Source: Myxococcales bacterium UBA1660
GTDB lineage: Bacteria > Myxococcota_A > Polyangia > Polyangiales > Houyiibacteriaceae
Assembly (NCBI GenBank): GCA_002320815.1
Contig: DCLA01000076.1
Location: 3,071 to 67,070 of the forward strand
Direction of reading: 5' to 3'
DNA: 64,000 bases
Part shown: one piece after another, positions 20,994 through 27,972 of the stretch
How the letters are laid out: each line of letters begins with the position of its first letter
Position numbering within the stretch: position 1 is the first letter of the stretch
Made by a program: the position numbers and the translations under genes
Notes under the pieces: generated by a model
Databases searched by the model: none
Told to the model about the DNA's origin: nothing
What the model saw: the letters and a program-made list of their open reading frames with translations, nothing else

Positions 20994-22988
20994 ATGCACG
21001 AAGCCGCAATGAGCGCCGCCAACGATCTCCGCGAGTACCTCGAAGCCGAGGAGAAGCTCGGAAAGAAGGTCATCGCCGCCCGCGTGGACGGGAAGGTGAA
21101 GGACCTGCACTCCGCCGTCCCCGAGGGCGCGGAGACCATCGAGCCCATCCAAGCCCACGAGGACGCGGCCCTGGCGATCATCCGCCACTCGACCGCCCAC
21201 GTGATGGCGGACGCGGTCCAGCGCCTCTTCCCCGGCACCAAGGTGGCCTTCGGCCCGGCGACCGAGGACGGGTTCTACTACGACTACGATCGCCCCGGCG
21301 GGACCTTCTCCGAGGACGACCTCGCCGCCATCGAAGCCGAGATGAAGAAGATCATCGAGGCCGACGTGCCCTTCCGGAAGGAAATCGTCGAGCGCGACGA
21401 GCTGAAGAAGCTCCTCGACTCGATGGGCGAGACCTACAAGTCCGAGCACCTGGATCGCCTCGAGGGCGAGCTCTCGGTGTACCGGCACGGCGACTGGGTC
21501 GACCTCTGCGAGGGTCCCCACGTGCCCAGCACCCGCTTCCTCCAGGCCTTCAAGCTGACCCACGTGGCCGGCGCCTACTGGCGGGGCGACGAGCGGAACC
21601 CGATGCTCCAGCGCATCTACGGGACCGCCTTCGCCAACCCGAAGCTGCTCAAGAGGCATCTGAAGCAGATCGAGGAAGCCAAGAAGCGCGACCACCGCAA
21701 GCTCGGCAAGGAGCTCGAGCTCTTCACCTTCCACCCGTGGGCTCCGGCCTCGCCCTTCTTCACCGGGCGCGGCGCCGCCATCTACAACGGGCTGGTGGAC
21801 TACGTGCGCGGCCTCTACGGGCGGCACGGGTACGAAGAGATCATCACGCCCCAGGTCTTCGACCGGGCGCTCTTCGAGACCAGCGGGCACTTGCCCAGCT
21901 ACGGCGAGAACATGTTCATGGGCGCGACCCTGGACGGCATCCGCGATGCCGCCGAGGAGCTCGCCAAGGCCCCCGAGGACGGCCCGCGCGACGCGGCCGG
22001 CTGCCAGCACGTCATCGAGGAGCACGTCCGTTTCGGCGTGAAGCCGATGAACTGCCCCAGCCACTGCCTGCTCTTCGGCAGCCAGCTCAAGAGCTATCGC
22101 GAGCTCCCGCTCCGCTACGCCGACTTCGGTCGGCTCCATCGCTACGAGCGCAGCGGCGTGACCCAGGGCCTGACCCGGGTGCGCACCTTCGCCCAGGACG
22201 ATGGCCACATCTTCTGCACCGAGGAGCAGCTCTCGGCGGAGATCGGCGCGTTCATCGATCTGGTCTTCGAGGTCTACCGCGACTTCGACTTCCACGACGT
22301 GCGCATCGCCATCGCCACCCGCCCGGAGGATCGGCTCGGCGCCGACGAGGTCTGGGACAAGGCCGAGGCCGCGCTCATCGCCGGCGTCGAGGAGAAGGAC
22401 CTGCCCTACGAGATCCTCGAGGGCGAGGGCGCCTTCTACGGCCCGAAGGTGGAGTTCCATCTCAAGGACGCCATCGGCCGCCCCTGGCAGCTCGGCACCA
22501 TCCAGGCGGACTTCAACCTGCCCGAGCGCTTCGACCTCGAGTACGTCGGCGCGGACAACGAGCGGCACCGCCCGGTGATGCTCCATCGCGCGGTGCTCGG
22601 TTCCGTGGAGCGCTTCTACGGCGTCCTCCTGGAGCACGTCGGCGGGAACTTCCCGACCTGGCTCGCGCCCGAGCAGCTCCGCCTGGTCACCGTCTCCAAC
22701 GAATTCGACGCCTACGCCCACGAGGCCGCCGCCGAGCTCCGCAAGGCCGGCGTGCGGGTGACCGTGGACGACTCCAGCGAGCGTCTCGGCTCCAAGATCC
22801 GCGCCGGGCGCCTCATGCGCGTGCCCTACATCGGCGTGGTCGGCGGCAAGGAAGCGGAGGCCCGAGGCCTCGGCGTCCGCAGCCGCGACGAGAACAAGGA
22901 CATCGGCCTGCTGACCCTGGACCAGGTCCGGGATCGCATCCAGGCCGAGGCCCTGCCGCCGAGCCAGCGCGCCACCACCGACGAATGA
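20994..22988 (+). CDS. thrS: Threonine--tRNA ligase
   Basis: Editing-domain HSTAH, class II motifs (RYADFGRLHRYE, FAQDDGHIF, GAFYGPK) and an anticodon-binding C-terminus. The start could be ATG 21009. Confidence 0.95.
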   Translation: MHEAAMSAANDLREYLEAEEKLGKKVIAARVDGKVKDLHSAVPEGAETIEPIQAHEDAALAIIRHSTAHVMADAVQRLFPGTKVAFGPATEDGFYYDYDRPGGTFSEDDLAAIEAEMKKIIEADVPFRKEIVERDELKKLLDSMGETYKSEHLDRLEGELSVYRHGDWVDLCEGPHVPSTRFLQAFKLTHVAGAYWRGDERNPMLQRIYGTAFANPKLLKRHLKQIEEAKKRDHRKLGKELELFTFHPWAPASPFFTGRGAAIYNGLVDYVRGLYGRHGYEEIITPQVFDRALFETSGHLPSYGENMFMGATLDGIRDAAEELAKAPEDGPRDAAGCQHVIEEHVRFGVKPMNCPSHCLLFGSQLKSYRELPLRYADFGRLHRYERSGVTQGLTRVRTFAQDDGHIFCTEEQLSAEIGAFIDLVFEVYRDFDFHDVRIAIATRPEDRLGADEVWDKAEAALIAGVEEKDLPYEILEGEGAFYGPKVEFHLKDAIGRPWQLGTIQADFNLPERFDLEYVGADNERHRPVMLHRAVLGSVERFYGVLLEHVGGNFPTWLAPEQLRLVTVSNEFDAYAHEAAAELRKAGVRVTVDDSSERLGSKIRAGRLMRVPYIGVVGGKEAEARGLGVRSRDENKDIGLLTLDQVRDRIQAEALPPSQRATTDE

Positions 22989-23112
22989 TGGGTCGCCCCT
23001 TTGAAAAAGCGGCCCCGGGTGCTTTCATGAGCGCCGTTTCGAACTCCGGTGCTCGGGGGAGCACCTTTGGCAACCACGTGGGCCGCGGGTCCACTCTCAG
23101 GAGGAATTAGTC

Positions 23113-23661
23113 ATCGCAAGACGTCGCTTCGATCCACGCGACCGCCAGCGCGACTTCGGTCAGCGGGTGAATCATCGCATCCGCGTCCCCGAGGTCCGGG
23201 TGATCAACGCGAACGGGGAACAGCTCGGGGTCATCTCCACCGACGAGGCGCGGCGCATCGCCGCCGAGCAGGAGCTCGATCTCGTCGAGGTGAACCCGAA
23301 GGCTCGCCCGCCGGTTTGCAAGATCATGGACTACGGCCGCTTCAAGTACGAAGAGAAGAAGAAGCAGGCCGAGGCCAAGAAGCGGCAGACCCAGGTGGAG
23401 CTGAAGGAGATCAAGCTCCGCCCGAAGACCGACGACCACGACATCGCCTTCAAGGTGAAGCACGTGCGTCGCTTCCTCGAGGAGGGGAACAAGGTGAAGC
23501 TCACCGTCCGCTTCCGCGGCCGCGAGATCACCCACCCCGAGACCGCCAAGCGGCAGATCGACCTCATCATCGACGAGGTCGAAGACATCTGCCTGGTGGA
23601 GAGCGCCGGCCGTATGGAAGGCCGGACCATGACCGCGATCCTGGCGCCCAAGCGCAAGTAG
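23113..23661 (+). CDS. infC: Translation initiation factor IF-3; proposed non-canonical ATC start (the conservative GTG start is 23167)
   Basis: RVNHRIRVPEVRVINANGEQLGV..LDLVEV..PPVCKIMDYGRFKYE.. aligns with IF-3. GGAGGA at 23099-23104 lies 8 nt upstream of ATC 23113, and the frame stays open to 23167. Confidence 0.85.
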   Translation: MARRRFDPRDRQRDFGQRVNHRIRVPEVRVINANGEQLGVISTDEARRIAAEQELDLVEVNPKARPPVCKIMDYGRFKYEEKKKQAEAKKRQTQVELKEIKLRPKTDDHDIAFKVKHVRRFLEEGNKVKLTVRFRGREITHPETAKRQIDLIIDEVEDICLVESAGRMEGRTMTAILAPKRK

Positions 23662-23689
23662 ATCGCCCAACCTCGGAGCGGGAGCCGCG

Positions 23690-23707
23690 GAGGACCAATA
23701 GGTCCTC
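23690..23707 (+). terminator. Hairpin GAGGACC-AATA-GGTCCTC downstream of infC
   Basis: 7-bp perfect stem and 4-nt loop, 29 nt after the infC stop. There is no strong T-tract. Confidence 0.35.
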
Positions 23708-23772
23708 GGGCTTCCGCTTCGTCGTTCCGTTCCCCCGGGAGAAGGCGGCCGGCGACCTCGGCGCCCGCGACG

Positions 23773-25281
23773 TCAGCGCACGTGGACCCAGTGGGGCAAC
23801 ACCAGCTCGCCGGGGTCGGGGCTGGTCGCCGTCGCCGGGTCCAGGTAGGGCCGGGTGATCAACCGGATGGCGTGCGCGAGGGGGATCGCGGGGAAGCCCT
23901 CGCTCGGCACGTGGACGCAGGCCTCGCCCGGATCGCACTCGCCGCGGGTCACCCGGACGGCGAAGAGCCGGTCGTCGGGTTCGTCCAGGTAGGGCGCGGT
24001 GGAGCCATCGAGCTCCGCGCCCGCGACGCCGCCGATGCCGGTGAGGGTGTCGCTGTCGACCACGGCGACGGCGAGGTAGGTCGCCTTGCCGGTGAGGTCG
24101 TGGCGGACCCCGTAGACCACCAGGTCTTCGTCCTCCCCGAGCAGGACGGGCTCGAAGTTCACCAGGTAGGTGGTGTCCCGGTTGTCGCCGAGGCAGTTGG
24201 TGCCCAGCGCCCCGGCGCCGGCGATGCACCGGAACCCGTCGAGCGGCGCGGGGATGGTGCTCATGTCCGACGCGCGCCGGCCGTCCTGGGTCAGCCGCTC
24301 CCGCACCGCCCGGCCCAGCGCCGTCACCGCGGAAGCCAGGTGGTCTTCGGTGCACGCGGAGCCCCCGGCGCGCAGCGGCTCCGGCGCCAGGGCCCCGGTC
24401 GACCCCGGCTCCAGCGGGCGGACCCGGAGCACGCGGTGCGGCGCGTCCGCGAGCCAGGCTTCGCCGGCGGCGGGGTCCTCGAAGAGGGCGACGCGGAAGA
24501 GGAGCATCGCCACGTCCCCCGCCTCGTCCAGGCCCGGGCGGAAGAGCGTCTCGCCCTCGGCGGTGACCGTGGGGAGCCGGATCTCCTGGGTCATTCCCTC
24601 CGCCGCGCCGGCACTCGCGAGGTCTCGTCGCGTGGCGGCCAAGCGCTCGGCGTCGGCGCCGAGGAGGATCAGGGTCTCGGCGTCGAAGGCGGTCGCCCCG
24701 TCGCTGGCGGTGGCCAGGGTCAGGTGGTTCGCGGTGTCGCCCAGGCTGGCGAAGTAGGGCTCGCCGTCGCGCTCGAAGAGATAGGGGGTGAACCCGAAGT
24801 ACGCCGCCGTCGGCGGGGTGCGCAGCGCCAACACGATCACCTCGTCCGCGCGCACCCGGAAGACGGCCTGCGAGTCCCCGCGGGTGAGCGCCGCGCTCGC
24901 GCCGGGGACCGCGATCGGGGCCGCCCCCGGCGCCGGCGGGACCATCAGCAGCCCATAGGGCGAGACCGGGTTGTTGCCCCAGCAGGTGGGCAGGCCCTCG
25001 CAGTCCTCGATGAAGAAGAAGTCGAAGACCCCCTCGTCGATGGCCATGTCGCCCGCGCCGTCCCGGAAGGCATCGAGGACCGCGTCGCGATCGTAGGCCG
25101 CCGGGAGCGGGACCGGGGTCCGCGCGGGGTAGGGCGGGTCGAGCTCGCAGGTGCCGAAGTCGGGGGCGGCCGCGTCCTCCCGGCCGGCATCCAGGGCGGC
25201 GGCGTCGGCGCGATCGGCGGGGCCGTCGTCGCCGCAGGCGGCGAGGGTGAGGACGAGGACGAAGAGCGAGCGTCGGGTCAT
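23773..25281 (-). CDS. Hypothetical lipoprotein (502 aa), divergent from the TetR gene
   Basis: Signal plus lipobox MTRRSLFVLVLTLAAC and high GC3. I recognise no domain. Confidence 0.7.
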   Translation of the reverse strand: MTRRSLFVLVLTLAACGDDGPADRADAAALDAGREDAAAPDFGTCELDPPYPARTPVPLPAAYDRDAVLDAFRDGAGDMAIDEGVFDFFFIEDCEGLPTCWGNNPVSPYGLLMVPPAPGAAPIAVPGASAALTRGDSQAVFRVRADEVIVLALRTPPTAAYFGFTPYLFERDGEPYFASLGDTANHLTLATASDGATAFDAETLILLGADAERLAATRRDLASAGAAEGMTQEIRLPTVTAEGETLFRPGLDEAGDVAMLLFRVALFEDPAAGEAWLADAPHRVLRVRPLEPGSTGALAPEPLRAGGSACTEDHLASAVTALGRAVRERLTQDGRRASDMSTIPAPLDGFRCIAGAGALGTNCLGDNRDTTYLVNFEPVLLGEDEDLVVYGVRHDLTGKATYLAVAVVDSDTLTGIGGVAGAELDGSTAPYLDEPDDRLFAVRVTRGECDPGEACVHVPSEGFPAIPLAHAIRLITRPYLDPATATSPDPGELVLPHWVHVR

Positions 25282-25289
25282 GGGGCCTC

Positions 25290-25308
25290 CGTTGACTCGA
25301 AGTCAACG
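25290..25308. promoter_or_regulatory. Perfect 19-bp palindrome CGTTGACT-CGA-AGTCAACG (putative TetR operator 1)
   Basis: Read directly. It lies in the 81-bp divergent intergenic region. Confidence 0.6.
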
Positions 25309-25325
25309 AACGCATCCTGCCGGCT

Positions 25326-25344
25326 CGTTGACTCCGAGTCAACG
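25326..25344. promoter_or_regulatory. Perfect 19-bp palindrome CGTTGACT-CCG-AGTCAACG (putative TetR operator 2)
   Basis: Same 8-bp arms as operator 1. The centres are 36 bp apart. Confidence 0.6.
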
Positions 25345-25362
25345 GGATGGCAGTCCCCCCGG

Positions 25363-25986
25363 GTGGCCCGCACCCGACGAGACGCGAAGGCGGCGACCCA
25401 GCGGAAGATCCTCGCCGCCGGCCGCGCGGTCTTCGCCGAGCAGCCCTACGACGACGCCTCCATGGACGCCGTCGCCCGGCGCGCCGAGGTCTCCAAGGCC
25501 CTGGTCCACCACTACTTCGGGACCAAGCGCGCGCTCTACGTCGCCGTCCTGCGGTCAATGGCCGAACACTTCCTCGAGGGGACCGCGCCGGACGCCTCCG
25601 AGCCTCCGCGGGCCCGGGCCGAGTCGGGCATCCGTCGCTACCTCGACTTCGTCGAAGCGCACCCGCGGGCCTTCGCCGCGCTGGTCCGCGGCGGCGTGGG
25701 GAGCTCCGATGGGGAGGTCCGGGCGATCGTCGACGAGCTGCGCGAGCGGATCGTGGCGCGGATCCAGCGTCGCCTGGGCAACGACGAGCCCCACCCGGTG
25801 CTGGACCTCTTCCTCCGCGGCTACCTGGGCGCGATGGAGGCCATCAGCCTGCGGTGGATCGACGGGGGAACCGACCGGGAGACCGTGGCCGCGGTGGGCC
25901 ACGCCTTCCTGGAGGCCGCCGTGCTCCGCTCCCTGGCGATGGATCCCGCGTCGGTTCCGGAGTTCGGCGGTGGCCGATTGCCTTGA
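25363..25986 (+). CDS. TetR/AcrR family transcriptional regulator
   Basis: GTG 25363. The N-terminal HTH KILAAGRAVFAEQPYDDASMDAVARRAEVSKALVHHYFGTKRALY is diagnostic for the family. Confidence 0.85.
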   Translation: MARTRRDAKAATQRKILAAGRAVFAEQPYDDASMDAVARRAEVSKALVHHYFGTKRALYVAVLRSMAEHFLEGTAPDASEPPRARAESGIRRYLDFVEAHPRAFAALVRGGVGSSDGEVRAIVDELRERIVARIQRRLGNDEPHPVLDLFLRGYLGAMEAISLRWIDGGTDRETVAAVGHAFLEAAVLRSLAMDPASVPEFGGGRLP

Positions 25987-26087
25987 CAGCTCCCCCTCCG
26001 CCGGCCATACCTCGCGCCCCTTACGGGAATTTCCCTGCTCCGAGCCGCGTTCGCGCCGGTGGCGGAGCTGCAAAGAGGAATCACAAG

Positions 26088-26303
26088 ATGCCCAAGATGA
26101 AGACGAAGCGCGCTGCGGCCAAGCGCTTCAAGGTGACCGGCAAGGGCCGGATCCGCCGTGCCGCGGCGGGCAAGCAGCACCGCATGATGCGCGGTGACAA
26201 GAACCCCGCTCGCCGTCGTCGGCTGCGGAAGAACAAGATGGTCCAGCCCTGCGATTTCGAGAACATTCGCCGGCTGATCCCCTACATGTTCAAGGGAGCC
26301 TGA
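26088..26303 (+). CDS. rpmI: 50S ribosomal protein L35
   Basis: MPKMKTKRAAAKRFKVTGKGRIRR...; 71 aa; AAGAGGAA Shine-Dalgarno (SD) sequence upstream. Confidence 0.9.
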   Translation: MPKMKTKRAAAKRFKVTGKGRIRRAAAGKQHRMMRGDKNPARRRRLRKNKMVQPCDFENIRRLIPYMFKGA

Positions 26304-26306
26304 CCG

Positions 26307-26651
26307 ATGCCGAGAGCCAAGCGTGGTTTCAAGGCGCGTCGGCGCCGCAACAAGATCCTGAAGGCCGCCCGCGGCAACTACGGCGCGCGTAGCCGTCTGT
26401 TCCGCACCGCCGTCGAGCAGGTCCACAACTCCTGGGAGGATGCCTACCGGCACCGCAAGGAGAAGCGCCGCAACTTCCGGCGTCTGTGGATCGCCCGCAT
26501 CAACGCGGCGGCGCGCGCCAACGGCCTCAGCTACAGCAAGCTGATGGGTGCCCTCAAGAAGGCCGGCATCGGGCTCGACCGCAAGGTCCTCGCCGACGTC
26601 GCCATGAAGGACCCCACCGGCTTCACCGCCATCGTCGCCGCGGCCAAGTAG
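26307..26651 (+). CDS. rplT: 50S ribosomal protein L20
   Basis: [33 protein letters not shown]...[13 protein letters not shown]. Confidence 0.95.
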   Translation: MPRAKRGFKARRRRNKILKAARGNYGARSRLFRTAVEQVHNSWEDAYRHRKEKRRNFRRLWIARINAAARANGLSYSKLMGALKKAGIGLDRKVLADVAMKDPTGFTAIVAAAK

Positions 26652-26673
26652 ACCGCGACGCGAACCGACGAAG

Positions 26674-26710
26674 ACGGCGAGCTCCCACCGGGGGCTCGCC
26701 GTTTCTCGTT
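26674..26710 (+). terminator. Intrinsic terminator/attenuator hairpin after rplT
   Basis: ACGGCGAGCTCCC-ACC-GGGGCTCGCCGT (about 13 bp) followed by TTTCTCGTT. Confidence 0.55.
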
Positions 26711-26878
26711 GGGGGTCGCGGGGTCGCTCGGCTCTGGCGTGGTCGCTCCGCCGGCTCGCTCGGCCGCAGCGCCGGCCGTCGTCCCGCGGTCGCGGCGCGG
26801 TCGGGCCGCCGCATTTTCCGCCGCGAGCGGTCGGGGCTGCCTCGCCATGGCGCGAAGAGGTGCTACAGGGCCCAGTCC

Positions 26879-27919
26879 ATGAGCGAAGCACTGGAGAAGT
26901 TCCGGGCCGGCCTGTCGGAGATCGAGGGCGCCTACCGCCCCGCGCTCGAGGCCGCCGCCGAAGAGAACGCCCTCAGGGAGGCGCGCGCGCGCTTCACCGG
27001 TCCGAGCGGCGCGCTCACCGAGCTGATGAAGGGGATGAAGGACGTCCCCGGACCCAGCCGCCGGGAGCTGGGCCAGGCGTGCAACGCGCTGAAGACCGCG
27101 ATCCAGTCGCTCTTCGACGCGCGCCTCGAGGCCCTCGAGAAGGCGGCGCTCCAGGCCGAGCTCGAAGGCCCGGCCCTCGACCTGACCCTCCCCGGGCGGC
27201 GCCCGCTCCCCGGTCGGCTCCACCCGATCACCCGCGCCGAGTACGACCTCCTGGACATCTTCGGGTCCATGGGCTTCGAGGTCGCGCGGGGTCCGGAGAT
27301 CGACACCTTCGCGCGCTGCTTCACCCAGCTCGGTTTCCCGCCGGACCATCCGGCCACCGACGAGCACGACACCTTCTACGTGACCGGTGGCGGGGAGGGC
27401 GACGACGCCCACGTGCTGCGGACCCACACCTCCACGATGCAGATCCGCGAGATGAGCCGCCGCGAAGCGCCGCTCGCCGTGGTCAGCCCGGGCAAGGTCT
27501 TCCGCCGCGACGACGACGCGACCCACTCGCCGATGTTCCATCAGCTCGAGGGCTTCCTGGTCGACGAGGGGATCACCTTCGCGCACCTCCAGGGGATGCT
27601 CACGGTGTTCCTCGAGCGCTTCTTCGGCGGCGGCATCGAGGTGCGCTTCCGCGCCAGCTACTTCCCCTTCGTCGAGCCCGGCGCCGAGGTCGACGTGCGC
27701 CGCAAGGCCGAGCACGGCGGCGACCCCGGCCCGTGGATGGAGATCCTCGGCTGCGGGATGATCCACCCCACCGTGCTGAAGAACGTCGGCTACGACCCGG
27801 AGAAGGTCAGCGGCTTCGCCTTCGGCATGGGCGTCGACCGCATCGCCATGGTCCGCCACGGCGTCCCCAACATCAAAGCGCTCTACGAGAACGACCAGCG
27901 CTTCCTCTCCGCCTTCTAG
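26879..27919 (+). CDS. pheS: Phenylalanine--tRNA ligase alpha subunit
   Basis: ATG 26879. HPITR, LRTHTS and FRRDxxDATH, then QLEG/FPFVEPG class II motifs. Confidence 0.95.
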   Translation: MSEALEKFRAGLSEIEGAYRPALEAAAEENALREARARFTGPSGALTELMKGMKDVPGPSRRELGQACNALKTAIQSLFDARLEALEKAALQAELEGPALDLTLPGRRPLPGRLHPITRAEYDLLDIFGSMGFEVARGPEIDTFARCFTQLGFPPDHPATDEHDTFYVTGGGEGDDAHVLRTHTSTMQIREMSRREAPLAVVSPGKVFRRDDDATHSPMFHQLEGFLVDEGITFAHLQGMLTVFLERFFGGGIEVRFRASYFPFVEPGAEVDVRRKAEHGGDPGPWMEILGCGMIHPTVLKNVGYDPEKVSGFAFGMGVDRIAMVRHGVPNIKALYENDQRFLSAF

Positions 27920-27972
27920 GGCCGCTCCCCCATTCCCCTCTCTCGCAGACAACCGCCCAGTAGGTAGACGAC

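Noticed and set aside
26652-26878. pheM-type Phe-rich leader peptide or T-box riboswitch upstream of pheS
   Set aside because: No short ORF with consecutive Phe codons is visible, and neither is a T-box specifier/antiterminator architecture. Only a terminator-like hairpin directly after rplT was found.
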